This document shows positions 12,927 to 26,300 of a DNA stretch of 64,000 bases, one piece after another. Made by a program: the position numbers and the translations under genes. The stretch spans positions 833,394-897,393 of the forward strand of contig MU058650.1 of assembly GCA_013265495.1 (NCBI GenBank). Reading direction: 5' to 3'. The first letter of the stretch is position 1, and each line of letters begins with the position of its first letter. The notes below the pieces were generated by a model that made no database searches, was not told the origin of the DNA, and worked only from the letters and a program-made list of their open reading frames with translations. Source of the stretch: Vicugna vicugna (Eukaryota).

Positions 12927-14524
12927 CTAAGAATAATTAGCACATAAGTAAAATTCTCAAGTTTACATACTTTCATATAAAACTTCAATGTGGCTGCAGT
13001 CTTCCTCCTTTTCCTCTGCCCTTAAATATCAATGTTGTTTGGGGTTTCATTCTTTGCCCGCTATACCTTTTAATATCTAAACATTCCCCTTGTGTCATTA
13101 AATCCACTCTCATGGATTAAACCACCACCAATTGTGCTAATAACTTTCTATTTATCTACCCAAAGTTTCAGTGACTTAAACAACTGCCTATATTTGAATG
13201 CCAACCTTAAGTCAATAAGTAAAAGTAAACCCATCATTTTCTCTACAATACTTGCTCCTCCTTCTATATATCTGAACTGAGTTACCTGGTATCAACAATC
13301 ACCCACTTACCCAAGTCAGAAACCTCAGGATCATCTTACCCCTCCTCCCTAAACCTACTATTTTCACTGCCAAAAGATTTCTCAATATTCCATACAGTGA
13401 ACACCATGTCATTACCAAGGGAGCTCACCTCTATCCCTGGCCACAGCTGACAGTTTCAGAGGCAGGTACCTGAACGAATTCAATCTTGTCACTCTCCAGG
13501 AATTTGAAACCAAGACTAAATGGTTTACTCTATAACTAAGGAGAATTGGAAAGGCACTGGCAGAGACCACTTCTGTCATAAGGAATATAATTCAGCAAAA
13601 ATTTATCTGCATTAAGAAAAACAAAAATAGAACTCAGAGGGGGAAAAAAGAAAGATGGCGAGAAGACTCTCAAAAGCATTGATGACTCTCCAATTTCAGC
13701 TGCTCCTAAAACCCAGCAGCATTCCAACACGCCCTATGAGACTCCTGTGCTCCAACAATAAACGCCCCACCTTCCTGAGGGGCAAACCAGCCTGAGATCG
13801 GTGTCCATTACCTACAACCAAGAGCCTCTCCTCTTCGTGCTTAAAGCAGCAGCCCTAGATCAGACCCACTTCTCTCTCACCTGCACAACTGGGAAAACCA
13901 AGCTAGTCTCCCGAACTCCAGCCCTCCCTGCTCCCTTTCCTTCTCCAGCCCCCACCCTGAATACATTTAGAGCAACATAAAGGTCACCCCTGAGCACAGG
14001 ACTCCTCTTCTATGGCTCCCTATCATGAAGACTACTGTTACTTCTCTTCTTTCCTACCGGCAGAACCCAATTTTATTTGGAGATGTAATGTGCCTCCTTC
14101 GCTGCAGAGTGAAGCCTTACGATCAAGTCCCCAGTAAGATGGCAATGAAAGTACTGTGTAGGACTTCCTGGAAGTTACGTTAGGAAAAAAGAGGGCATCC
14201 CCTTTCCTGTTATCTAGACCAAGAGGCAATGTTTTAAAGATGACAGAGGAGCAAGGCTAAAAAGCCTTGGTCCCAGAAGACCACACTGGAACTACACTGC
14301 CTACCAGATTTTTTTTATATGAAGGAAAAGTTAACTATTTTTATATTAACCAATGGCTGTTCTGAGGTTCTCTAATAAATACAACTGAACCTGTTAGATG
14401 ATGCGCGCCCTACTGAGTAAATCAAACTTCTCGGTTTAGAAGGTCCTATCAACTCTTAGTTTCGCATCCATTCACTCTCCTGTTTTACAATGGAATGCTG
14501 TTAAGCTGCTAACAGTTACATTTA

Positions 14525-14547
14525 TACACACACACACACACACACAC
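14525..14547. repeat. (AC)n microsatellite
   Basis: Direct dinucleotide run; a similar run lies at about 15360-15381. Confidence 0.9.
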
Positions 14548-17500
14548 TTTTACCCCATGTTATTTCTTACTTCCATGCCTTTGCTGTCACGATTCCTTGT
14601 GCACATACACACCTCTATGTGCCTGGCTGGTGCTTACTCATCCTTTAAGTCTCAATTCAAGCATCATTTCCTCAGTAAACCTGCATATGAAATCCCCCTT
14701 CCCTTAATACTTTGAAATGCCTTGGCACCATGAGATTACATACTGAAATTACGTGTCTAAGTAGACAATGAGTTCCCCAAAAGTTTGGGGGGAAAAAAAA
14801 CTCTATATATTTATATTCCCTATGTCTACAAAAATGGCAATGAGTTGGCATTCAATAAATGTGTGTCAAAATTAAATGAATCCACTTCTACTCTTCCAAA
14901 AGCTCTCGTCAAAAACTTTTAAGCAGCAGCCTGCATTCAAGCATTAAATACCAGGCACTGAATGAAAGAAGCATCCGTGATGCAGTGGGGATTCTTACTA
15001 GTCTTTGCACAACAGTGATACGTGGACCATTCCGCCCAACGCTCTGCCTCCTTTCTCTTTTCATTAAGTTTGCTGCTAATTTCCACTATTAGTCACTCAC
15101 CTCACCACTTCATGATTTATATGTTGCTCTCTCCCCATACTATGACCTCATTCTCTTGCTGATTTTAGTTTCAATCTCCCATCCTACTCTGAAGAACTCA
15201 CAAACTATCAGTGTGCCTCCTGACCTAAGATAGCTTCCAGGACTCTCCTCTCACATGCAGCCATCATAATCAACCACACTCCTAATCCCACCCAACAGTC
15301 CAAACCTAAATACAGAACCAAGACAGAAAAATGCTACTATTTAAAATAAATGTACATATACACACACACACACACACACACATCGAAGGTACTTAAAACC
15401 TTCTACACTAGCCATGACAAAATAAATGCCCTATCAGACTAGAAATACGCAAAAATGGAAATAAACATAGAAAATATAAGAAACAACTGTTTTTAGATAT
15501 TGAATCTCAGTAGTGCAGGACTACAGTCCCTGAGAAAAGGGAAGCAGATGAGGTGAGTGCTACGATTACACCCCACTGCTTTCTGCCTGGTAGCACTTTC
15601 TAGACCATGACACAGGGAGGAGTAACTCAGGCCCAACACAACAATCTCACTGAGCTAAGAAAACAGAATTTTAACTTTGTGATGGCTGCGACAGAGCACC
15701 GTGAAAGGGGAGCTACACAGAGAAGGAGCTCCAGAAATCCACATAAGAGAACCCTGCAGCATTTAACTGACTACCAAACCGAACATGCTTAGAACGCAAG
15801 GCCGCAAGGTTAGACAAAGAATAACTGTGATGGAAGAAATAATACTAGAGTGCTACAAGCAGAGCAATTCTCAGAGCTCACAAAGGGCTAGAAGACATTC
15901 TCATCCCTACCAACCAGAAGAGAGAAATCTCCCTGAATGCCCAGGGCAATCAGCAGAGAAATCACAAAGCTCAGGCCTCAGCATGCCTAGCAGTAAGGCT
16001 AAACCAGCCCAAGAGTAGTGGCTATTTCAGACACACACAAACAAAACAGCCTTGAAAAGTATTAAGATAATCCACTAGTAACTGACTCCACGCCAAAAGA
16101 AAACAACACCCTTTCAAGGAAGTCAACAAAATCCAGCAATCACAATACAACTTTCACCAGGTTCAGTATCCAAATAGAAATTATCAGACATTCAAAGCAG
16201 GAAAATGTGACCCAAAGACAAGAAAGAAGTCAGTTAATCAAAACTAGGACTTTAACACAGCTATTACAAATATACCCACGAAAAGGAAACCATAAACAAA
16301 CAGGAGTCAAGTTGAAGATATAAAAAAGACCCAACTGAAACTTCTAATAATGAAAAATACAGTAAGTGAAATGGAAAGTTTAATGGATGGGGAAAACAGC
16401 GAACTAGAGGCTACAAAAGAAAAAGCTAGTGAACTTGAACACTTCACAATAAATCTATCTAAACTGAAGCACAGAAAAGTAAGCAGAGGCCCAGTGACCT
16501 GGGGGGCAGTACTAAGAACAGCAGAGTAAGAGGGGATGGAAAAAACATTTCACAAAACAATCACCAGGAAGTTTCAAATCTGATGGAAACTATGAACTCA
16601 TAAATCGAAGAAGCACAATGAAAGCAAGGCAGTATAAACACAAAGAAACAATATCAAGACAGACCATAACTGATTTGCAAAAAAAAATGGTAAAGGAAAG
16701 AACTTTAAAAGCATTCAGAGTAGAAAAAATATTATATACCAAGAAGAAAGGATACATGACTGCAAATTTCTGTCATTAGGAACCATGTAGGACAAAGACA
16801 AAGGAATGACATTTTAAAGTGCAAGAAAAGAACTATAAACCTAAAATTCTCTATCTAGCAAATATACTATTAAAAAATGAAGACAAGTCAAAATAAGTTT
16901 TAAGACAAACAATAACTGAGAAAATTCACTGTCAGAAGACCTATACTGTAAAAAATGTTTTTAAAGTTCTACAGGCAGAAGGAAAATCTTATTAGACAGA
17001 AACTCAGACCTACACAAAATAATAAAGAATGCCAGAGATGATAAATCCCCAGCTAAATATAAAAGATTTTCAGTTTAACTTCAACTTGAAAAGATAACTG
17101 TTTAAAGCAAAATAATACCAATCTATTGTGGACTTCGTAATGTTTGTAGAAGTAGAATGAATGCCAACAATAGCACAAAATATGGTAGGGGGAAATGGAA
17201 GCATACTGCTGTGAAGTTCTTATTAAAACTATGAAATGATATAATATTTGAAGGTAGATCACGGTAAGTTAAAAAATACATAAAATCTAAAGCATAAAAA
17301 ATAAAGCATTAAAAAATGAGGTATAGCTATGACGTCCATAAATTTAAAATAAAGATACATTAAAACTAAAAGAATTAAAGAAAAAAAAACACCATGGAAA
17401 TGAAAATAAGAAAATTAAAAAGGCTTTATTAATACGAGACAAAAGTAGACCTTAAAGAAGAATATTACCAGAATTAAGAGGAACATCATGATATTAAAGT

Positions 17501-20498
17501 CATCAGTTTACCAAGGACATACAACATTGTGTATGTACCTAAGAAGACTTCAAAGTACATCAGGCAAAAACTGACAAAACCGAAAGCAGAAAAGAGATTT
17601 TACTACTGCCGTCTCAGTGACTGACAGAAGAAGAAAACAGAAAATCAGTAAGAATGGAGACTTAACACGATTAATAAACATCCCTAAGTTGACACTTACA
17701 GAACACTGCAACTAACTGCAGCTGAATGCACATTCATTTCACTGGTATAAGGAATCTGCACCAAGACAGAGCACAGACTTGGCCATAAAATTAGCTGCCA
17801 TAATTTTTTTAAAAACTAAATTATACAGAGTATGTTTTATGACAATAACAGAGTTAAATCTGAGGTTAAAAACACTGGTTAAATCCACAAATACCTGGAA
17901 AATGTTAAACTCAGTCTGTAAGTTTTTAAAAAGTAACAAAATCAACTAGAAAAGAATGAAAATGAAAATATAACACACTGAAATTAAATGAGCATACAAC
18001 AGCGCTTGGAGAAAAATTTATAGATTAAATACTCTTTAGAAAGTAAGAGAGTCAAAGACCTATGCATCTACTTTAGGAAGCTATCAATGAAAAAAATCAA
18101 TGAAACCAAAAGGCAATTCTTTGAAAAGATTAATAAAATTGATAAAACTAAAGCTATGACTGAGGAAACAAAGAGAAAACAGAAATTGCCAAAATCAGAA
18201 ATGAAAGAGGACGTAGCTACAGATTTAAGAGACAATAAAAGGAAAATAAGGGAATATTACAAACAATATTATGACAATAAATTCAACAATCTAGACAACA
18301 TAAACAAATACCTTGCAAACCTAAATTACCAAAACTAATTCAAGAATAAAGAGAAAATATTTAATACAGATACTAAAGGAATTAAATTTTGCTTAAAGCA
18401 TCCCACAAAGAAAACTTCAGGCCCAAATAGTTTCACCAGTAAATTTTTAACAATCATTTAAGGAAGAAATCACACCAATATTGCACAAACTCTTCTACAA
18501 AATAGAAGAGGGACTATTTCCTAGTTCACATATGAAGACAGCATTACCTTTACACCAAAACCCGATATCCCTCTTAACCACAGATGCAAAACTTGTCAAC
18601 AAATTGTGAGCAAATCAAGTCAGAAAAAAAATATAACAAATGTGTGTGTGTGTGTGTGTGTGTATAAATAAAATATTTTATAAACAAATAAACAAAAATG
18701 ACCAAATGGGGTGTTTATCCTAGGAATTCAGGTTGGTGTAACATTCAAAAATCAACCAATGTAATTCACCACATTAACACAATAAAGGAGAATAAAAATC
18801 ATATGATCATCTTAATAGATGCAGAAAAAGTATTTGGCAAAATCCAATACTTACTGATGACACCAATTCAGAAAAAAATTAAAAGAGGAGAATGTATTCA
18901 ATCTAAAAGGGCATACATGAAAAACCTACAGCTAACATCGTTCTTAAAGGTGAAAGATAAACGCTTTCCACTTAAGATAAGGAACAAGGTAAGGATGTCC
19001 ACTCTCACCACTTCAACACTGTATTACCCTAGCTAGTGAAATAAAACTAAAAATTGACAAATAAGATAAAGGCATAGAGATTGGAAAGAAAAAAGTAAGA
19101 GTGTCTTTATTCACATACAACATAACCATGTACTAAGAAATCAACCCAAAAAAGCTACTAATGCTAGTGGTCGTGAATTTAGCAAGGTGATCACATACAA
19201 GGTAAGTATACAAAAATCCACTGTAAAGGATACATTAGCTGTAAATACATGGAAAATAAATTTTTAAATTCTATTTACAATAGCACCCCAAAAAATAAAA
19301 TAGAAAGAATATAACAAAAATATGTAAGCCCTCTACATTGAAAATTCCAGAACATTGTGAGAGAAATTAAAGAAGACTTAAAGAAATGGAGAGATACACC
19401 ACAAACATGACGGGTTGGAAGACTCACTATTTAAAGATATTAATTAGCTCAAAATTGATTTATTGACCCAATGCAATGCCAATCAAAATATCAGCAGACA
19501 TTTTTGTTGAAAGTGATAGGGTGATTCTCAAATTTATTTTAAAAATGCAAAGAACTTAGAGTAGCCAAAACAATTTTCAAAAAGAACAAAATCATAGAAC
19601 TTATACTACCTGATTCCAAAACTCACCCTAAAACTGCAGTAATTAGGACGCTGTATTTACTGGCCAAGGAGAGACATGCAAGTCAATGGAAATTATCTCA
19701 CAAATATACACACTCATTTGTATTTAAAAACAAAGGAGCCTAGGAACTCAACAGAGAAAGGCCAGCCTTCTCAATAAATGATGCTGGAACAAGTTGAAAT
19801 CTATATGGAAAAAAACAACTTTGACATACTACATAACATAAACAAAAATTAACTCAAAATGAATCACTAATAAACAAAAAAGTGAACGCTACAAAACACA
19901 GAAAAACACAGAAATCAGGAAAAAAACACAGGAGAAAATCTTCATAACTTTAAGATGTGCAATAATTAAGACACCAAAAACATTAACTAAGAAAAATTAA
20001 CAGTAAAAAAAAAAAGCGATAAGTTGAATTTCATAAAAGAAAACAGACTGGCCAATAAAGACTTAAAATAATGCTCTACATCACTCATCTTCAGAGAAAT
20101 ACCAGATGAAATATTACCACACACACAGTAAGATGGCCAAGAAAGTACAAAGACTGACAATTCCAAATGCTCACAAGTATGTAACTGGAACTCTCATATA
20201 CTGCTGGTAGGAGTGTAAAATGGTCCAATCACTTTGGAAAAAATGGCATTTTTCCAAGAGAAATAAAAGCATGGGCACAAAAACGGTTTGTACATAAACA
20301 TTCACAGTAGCTTTATTCACATTAGCCCCAAACTAAAAAACAACCCAAAGGATTTTGAACAAAAAAACAGATCAGCAAACTGTGGTATATTCACATACTG
20401 GAAAATAGCAATTTAAAAAAATAGTGATTCATGCAGTTATCTGAGTTGAAAAAACATTGTGTCAAGCCAAAGGAGCCCAACACAAAAAGATCACAATA

Positions 20499-20720
20499 CA
20501 GTCAGTCCTTGAACAATGTGGGGTTAGAGGTGTTGACCCTCTGCTCAGTGGAAAATCCACACATAACTTTACAATCAGCCATTCATATCCGTGGTTCCAC
20601 ACAGGCAGATTCAACCAACGAAGCGTGGATCATGTAGCACTGTAGTATGTGTATCTTGAAAAAGATTCATGTGTAAGTGGACTTGTGCAATCCAAACCCA
20701 TGTTGTTCAAGGGTCAACTG
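20499..20720. mobile_element. Non-autonomous Tigger2/MER8-like DNA transposon
   Basis: Terminal inverted repeats cagtcagtccttgaacaatgtggg and cccatgttgttcaagggtcaactg. TA on the left and CA (probably mutated TA) on the right. Confidence 0.8.
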
Positions 20721-20886
20721 CACATGAATATTCATATGAAATTCAAGAACAGGGAAAACTATTCTACAGTGTGCCAAAGCAGATCCATGGCTGCCTAATC
20801 CCACAGTGGAGGAGGAGGGAGGGAGAGGTGGGATTGACTGCAAAGAGCATTGAGGAACTTTATGGGGAATGGAAATGTTCTGTACC

Positions 20887-20982
20887 TTTTTTTTTCTTTT
20901 TTTAATGGAGGTACTGGGGATTGAACCCAGGACCCTGTGCATGCTAAGCACGTGCTCTACCACTGAGCTCTACCCACCTCCC
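20887..20982 (-). mobile_element. tRNA-Ala-derived SINE
   Basis: Reverse complement of the SINE body. TSD aatgttct(g/a)ta at about 20874 and 20986. Confidence 0.88.
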
Positions 20983-22955
20983 TGTAATGTTCTATATCTT
21001 AACGGACAGGGTTAAACAGATGTATTCATTAAATAGTATACTTAGTATAGGAGTATTTTATTATATGTAAATTATACCTCAGTAAAGTTAATTTTAAAAG
21101 TTAACAGAAAAAAATAAAGAGACCTTGACAAAGTCAAGATACACCTTTCAACCTCACATGGATCCTCAACGCTTCCCAGCAATTCATTTGCTTCTTTTAT
21201 TACCTAAGCAAAGTTGCTTCAAATCCACACTATTTCCTCAATCCCTCTACCCTACTTCTGCTCCCAAACTGTCTTCTCCGATGATGATTTTACCTTCCAC
21301 TTCAAAAATGAAACAGAGAACATCAAGCAGAAACATCAATAATCTGGTCCCCTTCATTTGCCTACTACCTCCTCCTTATTTATCTGTATTCGGATATATC
21401 TTTACTACTTCCCTCCTATCTCAGAAGAGAAGTTGATCCTTCTTCTGATCTGAGCTTACCCCTACCCCTGGGACCTTGCTCACCCAAACTTAGCGTTCTC
21501 CTCAATACTATTTGTCCCTCTCTCCCTAAAAATATTTTCTCAGAAAGACCTCCTGTTGCCCCGAGCTCTCCTTCTGCCCTTCCTTCCCTTCACTGTCAGC
21601 ATAAGCCTCTCTTTCCTTCTTCGATCAACCCCAATGTGATGTGGGCACTGAGCATTCATTCCAACTACTCTCTCTAAGATACATGCTACACAACTTGATA
21701 GGTCTGTATAAATGTACATGCTGTATGTTGCAACAAAAAGGTGTATGTATATTCAAAAACAACAACAACAAAAGAACAGGACACTGCGTCTCTAATAAAG
21801 GGAAGAATGTGCCCTTAATCAAATGACATAAATGTTTAGTCACCCTGGTAGATATGTATCCCCATGGGTTGGGGATTCTTAATCTGTGATCCTTGCGTAA
21901 ACTCCACTGAAATAAACAACTCTGTGCACAAATTTCTTTTTGGAAAAAAGATCACATACTTTTATCTGATTCACAATGGGATCAGCAACTCAAACCCACA
22001 ACTGTGGAAGTAGAAAATCTTAAAGTGAAGAGAAGATGGAGGTACCAACTCCCTTTACCCTGAGTTACAGTCCAAAAGAATTTTTTTCTATATAATATTC
22101 CTACCATTACAAAATATGCTGGCCGTCCAACAAACCTATCCAGCTGTACTTCTCACTATGAATTAAGACACTGCATTCTCATACAAGATAGGCTTTCTCT
22201 TGACAATTATCACCTCAGGGTATACTGTCAAAAATTTAATTTCTGAAAATACAGAAGTGCCGGACTGCAAAATACGATGGTTCAACGGAGACTATAATCC
22301 TCTGAAGATCATACCGAGGAGTCCAATTATCCCTACACATCTCTAGCTCATCACTCACTCAGCATAATATAACTTTTTTTTTCCTAAAGATAAGCATCAG
22401 GGTTTGGCCTGCTTTCCTCTGTGAGTCCTCTCATCTCAGACCTGGCTAAAGACACAGCAGACCCAGGATTTTCTTCCTTTTTGCCCCAAAGATAAATAAA
22501 TGCAACCTATTTTAAAGACTTAAACGTTAATTTCTATCAAAACGCAGAGGTAGCAGACTCTCCAACGCCTTGGCGCTCTCTCCCCTGGTTTTACAGAGCC
22601 GCCCTTTCCTGCTTCTCCTTCTTATTTTCCAACCGCTCTACCCAATATCCTTCACTTCCTGTCTGGCTGCTCAGTGTTGACTCTTCTTTCTTTTCAGCTT
22701 CCCTAAGCAATCAATCCATTCTAATTGCTTTAAAGAGGCAGTGATTCCCAAGCCGCATCTCCACCTTCTTACCTTTCTCTGTAACCTAAGATCCCTATTT
22801 CTACTATTTTCTGGACATCTCCAAGTAGGTATCTCCCAGGCATTTTCATATCCTAACTACTAATATTGTCTAAGTTCTCATATATTGTAGGTCATATGTT
22901 TTTCCTTTAATTACAATTTTTTCAAGTAGCTGCTTTGATTTAGGGACATACTTAC

Positions 22956-23078
22956 TGATGAACTGTCAGTTGACTCATTGTTTTTTTCGTACTTTTGTTT
23001 CTTGCTCTTTTTTTTCTTCTCTTTCTTTACTTTTTTTGAATGCTTGTCTTTTTTCTTCTTTTTCTTCACAGAATGTTC
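22956..23078 (-). CDS. CWF19L2: CWF19L2 coding exon 3 (Lys-rich, likely nuclear localisation signal)
   Basis: ttatag|GAA CAT TCT GTG AAG...AGT TCA TCA|gtaagt = EHSVKKKKKKDKHSKKVKKEKKKKSKKQKYEKNNESTDSSS. 123 nt, phase 0/0. Confidence 0.95.
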
Positions 23079-23942
23079 CTATAAATAATCATTTTGAAGT
23101 GGTAAGAAAGAAATTTAGTTTTAGCTCACTTTTAAAGAAGTATTTTGAGGAAAAGAAAGATCTATGTTCCAAAAAACTCAAATCTTTCAAGAAAGGAGAT
23201 AAGGACTATGACTAAATAAATAAAATCTTCTAAGAAACTTTAACATGCTTCTACAGTATACACACTACTAATAAATCACACAGCTAAGATTTCTTGGAAA
23301 AGTATGAGGAAAATTTTAGTTTTAATTTATTCATAGATACACTGACAACCAAATAAACACACATATATGCACACATACATGTGCATGTATGTGTGTTTAT
23401 CTCCTATAATGCCTCAAAAGCATTTATAGAAGATTATTAGCCACATAAAATATAACAAGATAGCAAAAATTATGGGGAGAGAAAACAAAGATTGAGACCC
23501 TCCTCTGCCAAAAAAGAAAGAGAAACAAAAGCATGACAGTAAGCTTAAAATGTGTAACTTCTTCAAGAAACAATTTTTTAAAAAAAGAAACTAACATAAC
23601 ATTGTATATCAACCATACTTCAATAAATTTTTTTTTTAAAAAAACACATAACTTTTTAGATCCATAAGCTTGCTACAAGTGGGCTGGAAATTTGAAGCTA
23701 AGCGTTCTATGAGCCAACTCAAGTAACAAAATCTTTCCAATGTCATAGTGTGCAAAATATTAAAATACAGTATTTTTGCTAGAAAGATAAAATATTCAGT
23801 AATGCCACCTATGTGATATTCATTCTATATCTTGGGAAAAGAGTCTATAAAGTTACTGCTCCAATATTATCTTGAAGAAGGGCACCCAAAAAAAAAAAAA
23901 AAGACAGATAAGCTTACATGGAATAAACCGGTTAGTATTCAC

Positions 23943-24053
23943 CTGTGAGATTTGTTCAACTCGCTCATTCACTTCAGGGAGCATCCATGTATCCTCACCC
24001 CGAAGTCGTTTAAGTTCTTTACGCCTTTCTTCCTTTTCAAAATTGGCTTTAGC
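23943..24053 (-). CDS. CWF19L2: CWF19L2 coding exon 2
   Basis: ctttag|GCT AAA GCC...ATC TCA CAG|gtgaat = AKANFEKEERRKELKRLRGEDTWMLPEVNERVEQISQ. 111 nt, phase 0/0. Confidence 0.95.
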
Positions 24054-24202
24054 CTAAAGCAGTAGAAAAAAGAGAAATTAACAAGTGATCCACCTGCTTT
24101 CCACAAAAAAGCAAAAAATAAATTCTCCTACTTTCATATAAGGCTCATGAATAAACTGTCCCTCGCCAGAAATTTGTTTCTGCTAAGCATAAGAAAGATT
24201 AA

Positions 24203-24380
24203 GGGGCGGGTACAGCTCAGTGACTGACTGCATGCTTGGCATGCACAAGATCCTGGGTTCAATCCCCAGCACCTCCACTAAAATAAATAAACGAAAACCT
24301 AATACAACCCCCCCCCAAAAAAACAACCAAAAGTAAATAAATAAATAATTTTTAAAATAATGAAAGTCTTTTTTAAAAAA
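24203..24380 (+). mobile_element. tRNA-Ala-derived SINE in CWF19L2 intron 1
   Basis: ggggcgggtacagctcagtg...gttcaatccccagcacctcca plus tail. TSD aagaaa(g/a)attaa at 24191-24202 and 24381-24392. Confidence 0.88.
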
Positions 24381-25792
24381 AAGAAAAATTAAAAAAAAAG
24401 CCTCTCCTTCCACATTACCAGTTGCATTACCAATTACTAATCTCTAGTGAAATGAGCCATCAATCAAGGACAGAATCCTAGGACCAACTGTAGACCCTTT
24501 CTTCTCCCTAAGCTCCCCACCTCAGATGTGACTTGAATCTCTTTTCCCTTCACTGACCCACTGATACTGCCTAATACTTTTGTAACTTTTAGGAGACTCC
24601 CCTCCACACCTTCAATCTGCAATACCCATACTCCTCTACCCACACTCCCAAAAATGCTTAAGGAAAAAAAAAAATCACCTTTCTAAAAACAAATGATCCG
24701 ATTGCTAATTTTTATTCACCTTTCAACAACAAAAAAAGTAAGAGCTTCCTAGGAAGTTGCTCCTGCCTTTTCATTCTCTCCCCAAATTTCAAAGATGGGT
24801 TTGGCCCTTCTCAAAACTCTATACATAGCTCTACTATAAAATTTATCATAGCTTACTCTCTCCAAAAACTGCCTGAAATATCAGAGGCAGGATGAAAGAT
24901 ATTTATTATACATATATATTACATACCAATCTTTCACCTGTCTTCCTCCGTAAAATCTGACTGTCGTCATTATACCTTCTTCCTGTCTCCTCTACCTGCT
25001 CCTTCTCATCTTCATTTAAACTCACTTTAAATTCCACCATCTTAAAACAAAATAACCCTCACTTGCTGCACCGTATATTGCTCTCCAACTACAACTTTCC
25101 CCCTTCATTGCCACACTTTTAACATCTTGTCAGATAATTACTTCCTCCATCCTTTATGTTATGTCTACGCATCTAAATCTTATTGTAAAATACAATGTTT
25201 CTCAGCCATTTTTGAGGAGCTAAATTTCCTGGGTCTCTTGTCTCAGTCCCTCTGGATCAAAAAGGGTTTACAATAAGCCGATAATTGATACAAATAGTAA
25301 AAAAAAAAAAAAGAAGAAGAAGAAAGAAAAAAAAGAAAGAATGAAACAGCAAAACAGTCTACTCTATGCGCCTTACATGTGTTCCTGAAAACGGTAATTT
25401 TCATTTCAGATACAGCAAGAGCGAGGAATGGGGCTGTAAATTATGCAGGGATAGTCGTTATAAGTGGCGGAGTCCCTCGAAAGTGAGCAGCCCAGGTGAT
25501 AGAAATGTCAAGAATGGATGACTTAAAAGATATGAAAAACCAGAGGAAAGAAACTAGTCTTCCTGAAAAGAATATGCGCAACTGGAGCCTGCCAGGACAT
25601 TCAGGCGGCAGAAGATACCCGAGAGTTTGCGGGCAGCCCAAAGCGAGACATCGACCCCAACACCCCCAGGTAAGGGGAGACAGGGAGTGAAAGGTGAGGG
25701 GGTGGGGAGGCAGGGGAGACAGAGGCCTAGCCCCCAGAAAGCCTCCACTCTCTCGATTCTAAATGGCTCCCAAAGCCCCAGAATTGAGGTAC

Positions 25793-25885
25793 CTGTCGCA
25801 ACACCTCAGCCCTGGCAATCCGGGTCCGTTCTTTACGCTCTTCGATGCTCTTCGCACTTTCAAAACTACCACCGGCAGCCGCCAT
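25793..25885 (-). CDS. CWF19L2: CWF19L2 coding exon 1
   Basis: ATG GCG GCT GCC GGT...TTG CGA CAG|gtacct = MAAAGGSFESAKSIEERKERTRIARAEVLRQ, 93 nt. Matches the recalled CWF19L2 N-terminus. Confidence 0.92.
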
Positions 25886-26300
25886 AGTTGTCGTCGTAAA
25901 GCTACGTAAAGCTAGGAAGCCGTCGCAAAAACTCTCAGTTTACGACTGTCGTAATTTAGTAAACAAACCGGGACTTCCGAATGCGGGGTTTGGGGGGGTG
26001 ACGCTGCTCCATCAATGGAGCATGTGCGGATCTGACGCTTACTAGTCTGATGATGTGTCTACTTCCTAGTTTTAAAGGAGACATGAAGTTAAGCTGAGGA
26101 GTTGCCCTCCTTGATATATTTGGATTGCCGTGAGCAGGATTAGTGTCAGCGTACATCTGTTACGCGCTTTGCACGACACTGACGGCTTCTCAGTTATCTC
26201 CTCTTAAAAATCACCACAGTAAATTAGGCACTCAGATTGGTGAAGTCCGCAGCTCTTAGAGATTTCCACCAAAGTGCCCTTTCCGCCGGAGTTCCCCTGT
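25886..26300 (-). promoter_or_regulatory. CWF19L2: CWF19L2 5'UTR and CpG-enriched promoter
   Basis: Local CpG enrichment around the start codon. ETS/GABPA-type CGGAAGT at 25973-25979 (minus strand), YY1-like GCCGCCAT over the ATG, FOX-like GTAAACAA at about 25959-25966, and repeated GTCGTAAA-like motifs. Confidence 0.7.

Larger units (their letters stand above)
15390..21110 (+). mobile_element. Older, heavily decayed long L1 (L1M-type) in CWF19L2 intron 3
   Basis: ORF2 remnants KINETKRQFFEKINKIDK and [16 protein letters not shown]...[16 protein letters not shown]. The 3' end reads 'tgtaaattatacctcagtaaagtt'. Interrupted by (GT)n at about 18641, a Tigger element and a SINE. Confidence 0.8.

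Noticed and set aside
25441..26156. Several 60-86 aa ORFs around CWF19L2 exon 1
   Set aside because: They are by-products of CpG-island composition or are antisense to exon 1, with no recognisable protein.
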